NCBI GenBank assembly: GCA_040954595.2
Contig: CM082577.2
Location: forward strand, 372,001 to 436,000
Source: Balanoglossus misakiensis
Lineage: Eukaryota; Animalia; Hemichordata
Length of the DNA: 64,000 nt
Reading direction: 5' to 3'
Below, piece by piece: positions 10,601 through 25,600 of the stretch. Each line of letters begins with the position of its first letter. Within the stretch, counting starts at the first letter, position 1. Position numbers and translations under genes: made by a program. The notes under the pieces are model-generated. The model searched no databases, had not been told where the DNA came from, and worked only from the letters and a program-made list of their open reading frames with translations.

Positions 10601-13600
10601 CATAACAATCAGCTTGGAATTTTAACAGGAAGAACGTAAACACACAAAATGTTGGTGCGATCGGGGTCAAGGGACAGACGTACATCATCGGCAGGTACAG
10701 ACATGGGTGCCCACGTCAGATGGAACACAAACTTCTTGATATCTGGTTTCATCTTCTCTCCCACCCTCTGAACAATCGTCAAGATCTTATTACACATGTC
10801 TTCATCAGCACTCTTCAACACCAAATGAAGAGCCTCTTTGCACTGTTTGCCACTCTTGCTGCCGTGTGTCTTCTCCATGGCATGCTGGATTTCAGAGAAG
10901 CCCAGGATTTGTGGCAGTGGTTTCAGTGACTTCCTCACATGTTCTATGTCGTTGATGGTTATACACAGCTGAAATTAAAAGCCACCAAAATAATGAGAAA
11001 ATAGTCAATCTCTGCTTGTTCTCAGAAGACAATAAACCCAACATAACTTTTTATCTTGTAAGGTATTGTTTATAAAAAGGAAAACATTAGCTTTTTTCTG
11101 ACATCAAAACATCACTAATGTACAAAGAGTTCAGTGCCCACCTCCTCAGTAATATCAAATTGCCCCTCTTCAGTGAAATAACCATGACTCTTCAGTTTTT
11201 CATGCATAACATCAGCGTAATAAGTAGCACCTTTGGTAATGTCCTGGAAGTTCAACAAACACAGTAAAGTTAGAAAATAACAAATGAAAGGTCATCCTGG
11301 AAATTCCTTCGTACATGCACAATCATGAATATATTTTGCATGTCATTGTCTAGTAAACCATACACCGAGAAACAAAAAAGCCTACTTGTATGTAGTGAAC
11401 ACATTTTTTCAAGCACAAGTCTCTTGCTTTATATTAAGGCACAACCAGACAAATAAAGTTCTGTCAGGTCCCAGTTTGTGTCAAGACCAGATTTCACTGC
11501 ACTCACCTCTGTCACTCTTGTTACATACATATAAGATCCTGTGATGTCAGGCCAGTCCAGCTTTTGCCAAAATTCACGGATCTGAGAATAGAAAACATGA
11601 TTTATAGATTCTGCATCCAAATGTAAAAATTCTGAAAGTATTTTATATAACATTACAGACAATCATATGTAAATAATTTTTTATTGAAAATTTGTAATTA
11701 TGGCTTAGAATTTGGTGAGATCAGTTTTAAAAGGGCAAATACTGTGAGTTCTTTTTTGTCCAATTATCAGTCTTGCATGACCAAAGTGGTAATATTTGCT
11801 TAGTTACCTGAGCAAAGCAACAGCTTGTGTCAACAGCTGACGTGCTGTGCTTCACCATCGAGTCGACTAAAGATATCTGGAAATTGTAAAATGAATACAT
11901 GTACATGTAGCTTGTTATTTTGCAAATTTGTAGGCACACAGATCACTTTAAGCATACAAGCGTGGAACAGCTATGATACTTATACATCATTCAATAATGG
12001 CAAAATACATCCTGAAATGACTAATATGTACACAGATGAGTTGAAAAAAAATAAAAGTATAGAAAAATTGATGAGATTTGACCATGATGGAATTTAAGAC
12101 CAATGTTACCTTCTGCTTGTCCAAAGCAGCAAAATTTAAGATCAGAGATGGAAAGAAGTGGTTAGTATGAAGTGTGTTTTATAGTGGACACATTGTCATT
12201 TTTCATCAAAGTACTGATGTCGAAAACAAAAACATTGTCACCAAATTAAAGTCATTGAATAGCAGGTGTACTGTATACCAGCATTTCCCTCAAAATACCG
12301 GTAGACCTACAGTACCAACATGAGCAACAAGCTTTCAATGTGCTCAGTTCTCCACATAGTTTTCATGTTGTTTATTTATAATGTTCATAAAATATCACCT
12401 TGTCTAGTTCCACAGCCTTCTTAATCCTCTTCAAAGCTTTATTTTGTGCAATCTCCAACCATCTCTGAACACAGCACTTGAACCAGAGGTGGAAATTGGC
12501 CAATGCCAGATTTTTAGCATCACTGCAAAAATAAAAAGACACAGCTCAGAGACATAAGATTTCAATACAAAGTTATTTATATAAATTAAAAAACACCAAA
12601 GGACAACAAGACTTACTTGGGTGACAGATACTGTTTATATGATAGAAGCTCTTTGAGGGCCAAGTACAATTCAAACAGAGATGTTCCCACGGTGTAATCT
12701 TCGTCCTTGGCGTCGTGTGATTTGATGTTCCGATTTACTTCCTCCATCGCTCGGCTCACATCTTCCGCAATCTGGTTACCATGACAACAGAATCATTCAA
12801 GCGAGAGTGAAACTACTCTTGTCATCTACTGTGGGTCGCTATGCTCTCAATTCCCATTTGGAAATGGCATTATGAATAATCTTTTAATGGCGTCAAACTG
12901 TGATTTATTTGATGTTTGGGTAGTAAAAAGCCAGTCTCGGGTAAAAGCACTTTCGTGTGGAAAGATGGAATGCAGAATATTTAATTAAACAATACATATC
13001 AGGTAAAAACAAAACAATTTCCATAGCTACAACATAAACCCATTGTGAACTTTTATATTTTTTTTAAATAAGTAAAAGCATAGAGCCTCAAAAACATTAT
13101 TAAATGCAGTTTTCATCAGGATTTTAGTCATTTTAGTTTCACAGCAAAACAAAGGTCTGCATGCTCACCAGTTTCTCAAGCTGTTTGTAAGTGATTGTGA
13201 AGTAGTCCACTTTGACGATGTTCTGATAGAGTTTGTGGTAATACTTGACAGCTCTCTGCATATCAGTGTTGAGTGTGTTTGTCAGTGACACTAAACTGGT
13301 GACTTGTTCCTCTTCAGATTGCACTTGGGGTTCCGCTAATGCGTACACTGTCTCGTACCAATCCACAGTTCCTTTCTACGCACAACACACACAGTGAAAT
13401 TATAGGACAGAATTTCACACAAGTTTAGCCATAGTGGTTAATACACTCGGATCAGACAAGACAATGCAAAGCCCCTCATACAATCATCCAATGCACTGAA
13501 ATACATTCAGGTGAATATGTAAGGGAACTTCCGATAATAACATACAAAAAAATCAGGATAGATTTGCTGGAATGTCCAAGCCTTGCTAAACCTACTCCTG

Positions 13601-16600
13601 AGAACTGTGGAATAAAACAGATTTTATTTATTGTGACAGAGATAATACCAAAAACACAAGAAGATTGCCTTTGCTTCCTGTCATAAAAAAGTTTTTTTTT
13701 AAAATCATATCACCTCACCTTGATTATGTCAATGATTTCTCTGTGGAGTTCTTTTTTGAACGGACAACACATCTTGAAGAATTTCATGTTGTAGATCAGG
13801 TCTAAGCATCTGAGGATTTGAAAAAAAAAATTTAAAATTATCTGGTACTTGGACTTTTTGGAATGGAACACAAGAGTGGACAGTTTCAGTGCCTAAACGC
13901 AACTAAACACACAACGTGATTTCTATGAAAAATTAAACAAAACTCAAGCTTGGCATTCTTCAGAGCAAAGACTTGGTAGATGAACATAACTACTCACATC
14001 AGTAAATATTCCAGTCTGTAATATGCAGCTTTGTTTGCTGGTGGGAAAAGATCCCTCTGTTTCCGTAACAGTCCGAGACAAAATTCAATAAATGTGCACA
14101 GGGAATTAGCCAACATATCCTCCTGAAAAAAAGGGACAAACGATATTTAAAACACAATAAATGATACAAAATTGTAAACACAAGGCAGATTTCAGTGGGT
14201 TTTTTTATTGGTGGTTATTTCTATATTTCCGTTGGTTGTTTGAAGAGCTTCAGCATTCTCACTGGTGAGCATCACGTACAACTACGTTGTAGCCCTCTAC
14301 AGTTGAATATCACGTCAGCCTTTTGTTTTTATGTTAATTTTTAAAAGTAATTAGCAGTGTTGGTGAACCAATCGCAAGGATCTTGCATGGCACTTTTTCA
14401 TGAAGATGCAATGAAATTGTTGGAATCACTTCCAAGAACATTATGATCATGTATTGCTCATATTCAATGAAGACTTTACTTGGTCACCTCTAAAATCTAT
14501 ACCATGAAATCCAGGTTCACTTCAGGAGAAGAATATTATAAAGGATTTGACTTGAGAGAAACTCACATATTCTTTAGACAAGAGTGTAGGAGCCCACAAT
14601 TTGTCTAGACTTCTGAGCAGTTTATAGAGGAATGCATAGTCTAGAGAGTGCTGCATGTGCTCTTTGCTGAATGCTAACCATGTACTGAAAGGAAAGGGTA
14701 CAGTTGTAGAATTACTGGCATGACCAAACACTAAAAAGACTTTAGCAATTTCCACAACCTGCATGATAAAATATACATTTGTGCACAGAATCTCAAAAGC
14801 TGAAGAGAAGGTCTAGAGGTTTATACATCACTTGCGCTTTGCAAAATTGGCAGTTACTGACAGGTTTTGTACCAGTTACCATGGTGACTGTAATCATTTC
14901 AACAATCTTATCTGTAATTGCTTTGTGTTTTTTTTACAGCCACCTGAAGTCATTCTTTTAATGTCTTTAAAATGCCCAACCCATTACACTTATGTCACAT
15001 CTCTCAGGAATGCTGTAAGATATATTGTATACAACTCATAGATTTCATCAACCAGACTTTAATGTAGTTCTGTCAGTCGACAGGGCAATTGCTGCAGAGT
15101 CCTAATGACGTCATTCTTGCTGGTGCTCTTAAATTACAGGCGTTCTCCAGTAATGTACTATTGGCCTGAATTGCATCAATTTCACCCTTGTTGCTAGATT
15201 TCTGATAGTTTCAATAGATAATAAATCAAATTGTTTTTTCATATTCATTGCAGACATGATACCAGTTCTGCAATATGGCGAAATTTGGGGAGTACAAGCT
15301 TGTTGCATCAAAGTGTGTAAAAGTCACACTGGATTGTTCCAATATCAAGTTGGTTGAGGGGGTAGCTCACCACATTGCATCTTCTACTTCAGTAATATCA
15401 TTCTGTAAGGCATGCTGATGAAGGATGGTCTCAGCCACAGAACTTAGTTTCCCGTTCCAAGTGTAAGACTTAGAATTGTTTCTCTGTAGTTCATACTCCA
15501 CAAATTTTTCCAGAATTGTCTGGTGAGCGGTGATTGCAGTCCAGCGTTCGGTTTCTGCTGGTCTCTGAAATTACGAGTTTTTGAATAATAGTTTTTAGTC
15601 TATTGTAATCAATTGTATGGGGCATACCACTGTTTCAACCACAACTGCCACTGCCTCTTGAGAAAATTGTGGGTCAACTACAATAATGTGGCTCAGATAT
15701 ATCTGGGTTTTGACAAACAGAGTTAAGTGCCATTGCAAATTGTTTGTTACCAATAATTTGTTCAACGTCAATGCACTTCTTAGAAAACACATGTATGGTT
15801 TTAAATAATGTAACATTGAAAAAATAGTTCAGGAAAAAATGCTGAAATTTGGGAGGAAAAACAGCAGCAATGAAATCATTCAATGGCGAGAAGCAAAAAG
15901 AATACACACCTGTTCAGTTGAAAGGTTGAGTTTGAGTCGGATCTGTCCTTGTACGTTAGATTTGGATGTCCTCCCTTCCAATTCATACAACTTATCAATA
16001 CCCCTAGATGGTATTTCCTGTCAAGCAAGGACCATCAAGTGTTGTTATCAGTTCATTCATTGATGGCATAGATAGGAATCAAAATGCAATGTAACATCAC
16101 TAAGTTGATCTAAAATGGTCTGTACATTCTTGAAACGATCGACACAGTGAACTTTGCACATAATCATCTGTTATACTATATAAAGCATTTAGACACAGAC
16201 ATGTATAGCCTCACTGATGTCCCTTTACACAAACACTTTGGCATTTAAAAGCGAAATAGTCAACTGGCTATTTGACCTGTGTGGCTTCTAATCAAGGCAT
16301 AATTTGTTGGTCTGACCCCTTGCCAGTTCGGGAACAAGCTCAACATATCAAAAATGTTCTTTTCTTGTATCCTCATTCAAACACTAAATTAAAATTAACA
16401 TTTATCATTTTTGCTATCTAGCATGAACTACATCTTAAAAAAGCTCTCCATAGACGCCATGTGGGCAATTATGGATCAGCTGTCTACACTACTTTAGATT
16501 TTTTTTTAAACTTGAAGGTTTAGTTATACAACCCATTTTCCTTTAATTTGTTCAGCTAGGGTGACAGTTTTCCATTCACGTTTCAGTGACAAGGTGTTAT

Positions 16601-19600
16601 CTGGAAATTATCTTGAAATATATCGATACTGCATGGGCTGTTAAAACTGCAATTCACAGAGTCACTTTCACAATCTACACGTTCTGCTTAACAAACCATG
16701 TAATCACAACAAAATCGATGCAAATGGAAATGGGGAAAATGTGTACAACAGGAAAAATTGAGCGTCATGAAAATAATAAAAGAATGGAAAATCATATCAT
16801 AATTAGTATAGCCATGATGCATAAATTAGACACATCCATCACTACGGTTACACTACAAACATCTTGAGAGCGCATGATGTTTGAACGCCCAAGTAATGAT
16901 TGAAGTTGAGCTCTCTTTACATCAATTGCCATGACGACGGGCAGCCTTGCCCCTGCTCAATGTAAACTCTGGATACTATAGTTACAAATTGATCTTCCTG
17001 TTTACAATCTTAAATCTAAAGTTCAAACCAAACAATGCCCTTTAGTTCAAAAGGACAACGGAAACCGTGCACTTCAGATGTAAGTTTACCATTCAACAGT
17101 TGATTTAAAACATTTTATAAGGAATAACCACGTACTATACTGGAATAACATTGTCAAACAGTTCCTCTTTTAGCTACCATGTTTCATTGCTAATATGTAT
17201 CTTAAGTCCAGGGTCTAGTAATTCTAGACGTCACTCAAACAACTCTCTTGTCATCAGAAAGATTTGAGTTTTGTCAGTTAGGGGAGAACCATTTGTTTTA
17301 TTGGGGGTGGAGGAATTTTATAAATTTTATAGAATTTTGAGAGTTTCTAACATTTTGCAGACACAAAATGTAAAAGGTAAATTTTATGTACTGCAGTAAT
17401 TTCGTTAGAAATCCCTTTCAAGTCAAAATGCTAACAGAACCTTTCTTTAAATTTTTTCAGAGCTTTGTGAAAAACAACACGGAGGTGTGACTTGAAATAT
17501 GGGGTAAAACACCTTGGCAGTGGTAATGAAAATGGTGAAGGACCCATGCAACCATGGCAACCCACTGAAAATAATACAAGATTTCAACAATTTCCTGTGT
17601 GATTGTGAAACGTCCTATATTCCCCATGTAAGATCCACTTACAGCGAGATGTACATTAACACAGCCCAGGAAGTCATCCACACTGCCTTTGCTGCTGGTT
17701 CGTGCCGATTGTACAATCTGTTTAAAAAATCTACCATTGATATGAAAAAAAGAGAGGAAAAGTGGTCATTTATGCATACATACAAAATTCTTCATAGGGA
17801 GGATCAGCATGCACAGCTGGTGATGGTATTTGTGATTTCATGATCTTGTTTTTTTTCCCCTAGATTTTCTTTGAAAGGAGCTGTCATGTCAATGAACAGA
17901 AGAAAACAACACATTTCTATGACAACACACACCACCTGTATGATGAGCAACTGTAATATTTTAAAATGACATGGGGTAGGTAGAGAGGGATTAAGGCAGA
18001 GAGAGGGGCGGGGAGGGATGGACGGACGGACGGACAGAGAGACAGACAGACAGATTGACAAAGAGACACTGACTTCCACTGATACATAAATACACATTCT
18101 AAATGGTAGCCAAAAGAGATTCCCCTTTAATGCTCTCTGCTGCCATAAATGTGAACTTTTCCATTCTCAGATTTAGCAGAGCTCCCTGTGTAACTCCAGG
18201 GAATAATTTGCCAACTTGTTCCTACCTTCCCATGCCTTTGATACCTGACACCTCATTCAACTTCCTGGCTGCCTCAAAAACCGACGTCTCGTCGTCGTGG
18301 TCCCTGCAGGGGGAAAAAAGTCACGCATCAAACAATACTCTGACGTAAATCCAAGTCTGATTTAAAAAATATATTCATCGTATTATTGTGTAACGACTGA
18401 CTTCTCCTTGTAATGGGTCTCTGTCCAGTTTTGTTATCTATAAACGCGTACACACATCACAATAGGAGATGCTGTGCTAACCAATCACTTAAAGGTACCC
18501 GCATAGTATATGCAAATTTAGCCAAAAGCTACTATGGACAACAGAGGTCGAACCAATCACAGATTTGTACTGGGTGGTTATGTTGAAAAATAAAAGCATC
18601 TGCTCGGATGTTTAAAGTGAAAAGTCTTTACATCTAAATTGGGACTTTATATAAAATTTCACATGCATTGGATTCAGTTAACCTTTAACATGTTGGAAAC
18701 AGAGATACACAATATATGGTATCTGTTGAAACCAAATTAACCATACATGTAGGTTACCCGGTAAATGCATGTAATTCAGTGCCGTATGGTTTATTATGCA
18801 CATTTAATAGACAGGGCACGGTTGGTGGATTGGTGCCACAGTGATACAGATAACCCACAGAATAAAGGCTTAATAGCCGATGCCACATTGACATTTGAAG
18901 TCAAGCTGATATTTGAAGCATGCTTTAAATTCTTGACATTATATCTGATAAATACACAGAGATATGTCTGCCATGTAGTTGTATATGTTTGTCTAGTTAT
19001 ACCTACCATATGTCAAGATGCAGTTTGTCAGCAGAGATGTCATCAATTGGACTGTAGATTTGGGGAAAAAAGAAATATTGCATTTTTACATGACAGCGTG
19101 AGATCTAAAGAGCATATGACACGACAAGAAAATGCCGGTAATCAAAAAAGAGTTTTAAAATGTGAGAAATTTCTGTTTGAATACTCTCATTAAACTGATT
19201 CTTCATTCACTTGGGTGATTTCACTTGTCATCCAGACTGGAAATTTATCATGTTACATAAAAAAATTTCATCTCAGTAAATTGCTCGCGACAGCACGTCT
19301 GAGACTAAAAGTAGTCAGATAGCATATGAGACATTATCAAAATGCATAGTTTGCATTAAAAGCTGACTCCAGACTTTGTAATCAAGGGTTTATCATAAGA
19401 GTCAAGCGTGAATTTAAACCAGCTTACACCGAACGGACCTGCACACTGAAATTTCATATCACTGACGCTCTGGGGCTTTTGGCTATCAATATTGGTATTA
19501 ATTCTGAAAAACAGCAAGTCACTTCTATTTAAAACAAAGAAAGTATCAAACTTTTTCCGCACACAGAGAGAGAGACACACTTACAATCTAAATGTTTCAT

Positions 19601-22600
19601 TCCAGACAGGATTTAAAGTCTCTCGTTTCACTTCCGTCACTTTTATCAATTTTGCCGGCAGCTGATCCCTGACGCTGGTGCTTTTATTTTTCTGTTTGTC
19701 TTTTTTGCTTCCTCTATGCTTCAGGCTCATCTTCTTTTTCGGTTTGTCTTCTTTCTCTTCTTCGGAATCACAGACACCTTCAAAGCCTGCCCCAGGCATG
19801 ATTCCCAGCATGCAATAGGGATCACTGTAGCCTAATCAAAAAAAGGAAATCCATCGATGTAATGAGTTCATAGCTCCCAGGCAGATGGTGATGGAAACAG
19901 ATAGACTAATACACTCAGACAAACAGCCAGGCAGACAGAGAGACAATTTCATCACATTTAATCACCACAATTACAGAACTGATCAAACTTTACGACAGTG
20001 GCATTCCACACTGGGTCTGCTAACTCAAAAACAATCATTCTGAACTGAAACTAACGAGAATCACTAACATGCATGTTAGGCATTACGACATCCAAGGGCA
20101 TGAAAAATGTATGAATCTCGTAATAATTGTGATTAAGCTAGTTCATGAGGAAACACTTGAAATGAGCCAGGCCAATAACTCCAATTCTAGGATAAGCTTA
20201 TTTTCTCATTTAAACATCAATGATCCTTAAAAACCCTTATAAGGCTGAAACAATGAAATCTTTGGTCGTCCATATCTTGGTTTCAGTATGAAGTACACTC
20301 TGTCATGTACTTCTTTGTTTTTCTCTCTATGGCATACAGATCAAAACAGGCTAATGGCTCATTTTCATTTCATATACTCATCTTCAACTAAAGATCCACT
20401 CTAATCTGGTGGGCTGGTTTTGTTTTGTTTTATTTAGCTGATGGGGAAGGGTGTTATTCAACAATTGGGGTTGGGGTCGAGGTGGTTTTCAGCTAAAAGA
20501 ACAATAATAGGATAATTACCATTGGCATCTTTGGCATCCAAGTCTGTTGCACCCACCACTGTTACATTCAGGATGATGATTGGTGACTGCAAAATAAAAG
20601 TCACAATGAAAAGTGGTGAGGAAACAGATCTGGAAGACAACAGGAACAGCGGCTGTAAGTTTTGACTTATAATTTCTGACAGGTTTTGTTCTTTTTATCA
20701 CCTACACTTTCTTGTTGCTACAGTATTGACGAAGCCTTTCATATTTCATTCAAGGATGTTCTGACTGGATTCTAACATTTTAAATGATCCGTCAAAATAA
20801 ACCACAAAATGTGTACCTGTTCCTCAGAGGCCTTGGACAGGAAGTGGTCATGATGATCCTCAGAAACATGAAATGCCTAGAGAGACAAAAACAAACATCA
20901 TTTTTAACAGGCTAATATGGAGATGGGTAAAAAAACCTTTTAAAAACATTTTTGAGAACTTGAAGTATGTATATATACATTGAAGAAAAAAAATTGTAAG
21001 AAAATGACTACAAACTTATACAGTGCAAGCAACAGTAATTAATTAGCAACTCCTGAATACATAAATTTTACATTGTTTTATTTAAACTGGTTGAAATACC
21101 AGAAGCTGTGTTTTCCTGGTAAAATAGTGTGAAATGTCAAAAAAGAGCTACGTTAGCGCTATACATGTACCGGCAGTCTGGCTTATAAATATGTACAGTC
21201 TAACAAGCAATATTTCTGTTAAGAAATCTTCTCTGAATAAAGCAGAGCTTTTTCTATGCACAAAAAGGGTGAGATACCAAGCTCTTAAAGAAATTCGATA
21301 TATACAATCCAGTATGCAAAACTGGTAATGATAGTTTCACACAGATTGTGTTCCTTGCCACATTTATAAGTAGACATCTACAAAAGCAGACTCAGAAGTT
21401 GCTTCGTAATTGACTCAATATTGCTTTGAAAATGGAATGCACGCTATTCTAGGGTACATACATTGTATAGCTGTGTAATATTGTGATTTTCCCCCAGAAA
21501 GAAATTGACTGATGCCAGGCAATTTAGGGACAACTACTGGCTTGATCACAAACAGTTACAGACACCATGCTGAGTTGCTTTGCATTAGAGCCAGCCAGTC
21601 CATGTCCTGAGATTCATAGATGCAATCGTCGATAAAGGAAAGTGAGAGATTGGGTTTTTATATTAACGCTACATCAGGAGTATTCAATGTTTGATAAATT
21701 GGCTAGAGAAGGATTATTGCCAGATTGTGTTGATGGGATCAACTGAGAAGGTTTTTCGTCTTGGTTACCTATGACTGACAATTAACAGTCTTGCAATGTG
21801 TCGCTCGCTATCTGTCAGTCGGTGTCAATCGAGTGTCAATTTTTGCATATCTGTATCTGTGAATTCATGCAAGAACTTTGACAGTGTCCACAAATCTTTG
21901 AGTTATCTTTAACATAAGAAACTGCTGAATTCAATCGATACATGTACTTCATATAAGGAAGGACAGTTTTCATTATGATACAAAAATATGCCATACACTA
22001 ATAGAGACTGCATAGGAGTACAGCAGAATACAATCAGTCCTTTTTGTTCTGATAAAAGAACACCTGCTTGGGAAAACACTAAAAGGAGAGATTTGTAAAC
22101 ACAGGGGCTAGAAATTCAACATTTTATATTATGTACACCTATGCATATTTAAGCACTGTTACCATGGAAAATTCAAATATAGCCTATCACAGATTTTTAG
22201 TAGGTGGCATTCACACACAACAGTGCACCTTACATGGTAGCTTGAACACTCAGAAATTCCCCTTTGAACATCTATGCACATAATGTAAATTCTCCAAATA
22301 TCACTAGCTCTACACTGCTGAAAATTGCTTACTGGGTATGTGCAACACCCCCCCCCCCCTCCCATTTCACACAATGTGCAATGGTGTGACTGATGTGTGC
22401 CATGCCTTCTAATACATTTGCCCTTTAACCCCCTGGGAACACGACGCTCCCTTCAGACCACATCATATCAACACAAGACGTAAAGCGATTTATTCCAATC
22501 CATTTAGTGTTTACTTCAATGGGATTTGAAACGAGTTGGCCTTCCATTTAGGATAATTGGCCATCAGGTAAAATCAAACTCGGTCATAAATGTATATTGA

Positions 22601-25600
22601 CCCTCTCTCTGGGAAAAGTTTGAGTGCTTTAATCTTGAAAGTCTGTGTAAATGTAAATGATGGGTGAAATCTGTCCAAATGACCTCTGATGAACTGAAAG
22701 AGGGATTTAAATTCAAAGTATACAATTTCTCTCAGAGATAAAAGTCACTAAAGGACAATTTTTCCCCTTTGTGTCATCTATGTCAAGACTAAAATTTGTT
22801 TAATGCAGATGGATTATAATTATCGTTTCAAAGGAATATCACGTTTGTGGGTTAAAAGGAAAGGTTACATTTGATTCAAACAAAATAAATGCACTTTACA
22901 ATATTGCTGAGATTAATGGGTTGGATGAACTCTGGGCCCAGAACACCATGCCACAAATTCCATTCCTTGGAAACTTACTTTTTTAAGAGGTTAATTCACT
23001 GATTTTGTGCAATTACATTTGATTGAATGCTGTTACTCTGGTGTTCACTCAGATTTGTGATACTTTATTTGAGTGGCAGCTGTAACATTGGTGCTCTCGC
23101 TTTTGTGACATTCAACTTCATACATTGCTGTATTTTTGGTAATCACTGACTTGCAACATTCAATTTGATTAAGAGCTGCAACTTTATAATTGCTTATTTG
23201 TGAATGTTAATTTGAAGGGTTTCTGTTACTGTATTTCTGTATATTGGTTCAGGAATGTCTGATGGACATGCATACATGCAATGCACAGAGAGATGGTTAA
23301 AATCTAATCTATAAGTCCCCTGGAACGACTCTCTGCACAGCATTTAACCCCTTTCAATTTCAACATGCAGTTGCCTAATTTAGATCAAGAATTAAAACGG
23401 CAAGTTGGAAAAAATGGCATAATTGGTCATTAGTGTGTTGTTCCTCATTGAAGTCTATGGCCTTCAGGAAGTAACAAGTGATGCCTTTGGAAAAGACTCC
23501 AATATATAATTATAGCCACTCTGACATTCTGCTGAAAAGGTATGACCTGCTGTAATACGTTTTGATCATCCTTATTCGCGGCTAGTAGCTCACGGTCTCC
23601 ATTAATTGTAGCTGCGTGACAAATCTGGACAAATGAAAGCCTTGATGACAGGTAGACAATAAAAGGGCATTTCCAACAATCAGGTTGTCTGTGATACAAC
23701 CATCAAGGCAATATGCAAGGAATCAATTGCTAAGCAACACTTGTTGGGGAGAATTAACAAAGATCAAGGAAAGCATGATGATTGCCGTAATGGTCAATGA
23801 AACGGAAATACCGGGTTTTATCTTTTAGGGACGACCTAGTCAATATCATTTAAACTCTGCTGCATGGCCATGACTGGTGATCACAAAGTCTGAGGGCAAA
23901 TTGGCGCTAAATGTGCATTCTCTCTGATAGGGATCTAATTCTTTTTAAATGAGCTCACAAATCATAGATCTCTCCCTTCTATTTTTGAGAAGATTTGGCT
24001 TTCCAAAAGCCGAGGAGTTAATCAAAGCAAGAGATTCCCAGACCGGCAGCTAAAGCCTGGCTAAGCCTTGATATCAGGATAAATTTTTAGTGATATATTT
24101 GATTTTTATGTGAGAGTCATGAGCAAAAATCATCTCACACTGCCAACAAATTTTAGTCCCAATTGTTTTCAACTCGATGATCAGATCTACAAACTGAAGA
24201 ATGGGAACAAGGACATGAGAAAAAACGACAACCCAATAGAATCTATGATAAAGCAGTTCATGAAATGACATGGTTCTTGATCGCACTGTTTAAAGCTGAC
24301 ACAATATAAATGCAACTGTGACAGTACAATTTCCTCTCCATGAAACATGAGTCCAGGTACACTTCTTTACGTCTTACAATCACACATGGCGGGCCCTTAT
24401 ATGAGTTTCAAAGTTCCACCCCCCTCTGCAGTTATGACGTTATCAAACTAAAACCAGCGAGATTGGGAATGGGAAAAAAATGTCTTTCTGTGCCAAGTAT
24501 GAATCCAGTTCCAGATTCCAAAATGAAAATGCTCTTTTATTAGTCTCCATTTGAAGTAAAAACATTATGACTGATAACGCAAAAGCCCCAGAGGTATTAT
24601 ATATTCACCACATGAACCAGTAATATGAGCGAAGATTCTACTGGGATTCAATCACTATTATGATGAATACCCATCGCCTCAGTCCATGAGTTTGTACTAG
24701 ACTAAAAAATGAGGTGTGATATTACTTTGTCATTGTTGAATATTTTTCAACTTTTTCTATATAAAAGCACCATAGATGAGATATTTTTGGGGATGGAATT
24801 TTTTACACTGTGCAATACTTTTGAAATTATAAACAGCTATACCATGACACTGAGTGAATAAATCATAGACAAACCCCAGAAGGAAAGATTTTTGTTTGAA
24901 TGGAATTTTTCAATGCATGTATGTAGAAGATGAGAAATTTAAAAGAGTATGACACTGTAGTTTTACATACTAAAGATTAAGCATCTGAACTACCCCGGTA
25001 CGCAAAAATCAGAAACACAGAACTTTGGTTCAGTTTATGCTGTGACATTTAAACAAATTCACCCCACACACAATTAACTTTTGGATTTTTTTCCTGCTTA
25101 CTAGTTAGACATGATATACTTCATTTGCTCACTAAAAGGACGCCGTAGGTTACAACTGACTGTTGTTCATAGAAATTATGCGTGATGACGACATCTATCA
25201 GCGTTCCTAGGGTAGCATTACGCAAGACCCCTGTGCTTGTCTGTCTAGACAACCACAGACGCACAAGGTAGGGGTTTGGTGATGGATGCATTTTAGACAA
25301 CATGACGTGACAACAACAGGAGACAGACTCACCTGCTGTGCAAAGGAGAAGAGATCCTGTTCATAGGGGCTGTGTCCATCACTGGTAGTTCCAACTTTGT
25401 GCTTGATGGTGTACAGCAGCTCGATGTACAGAGATTCAAACTGTGTTCAGCAGAAAAGATGAAAGCCATGATGGGATACAAGTCAGAGTTATCTGATGGT
25501 CATGACGAACACCAATGTGCCATCTAACAAGAATGTTTTTTCAAGCTCTTAATTTAAATGAATTGAAGAATTTCCAGAAATGTAAAGAGACTTTGGCATG

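Noticed and set aside
18794-18944. Possible mutually exclusive partner of the 45-nt C2A exon
   Set aside because: Has an acceptor-like site but no similarity to the LHLDIW strand and no good in-phase donor.
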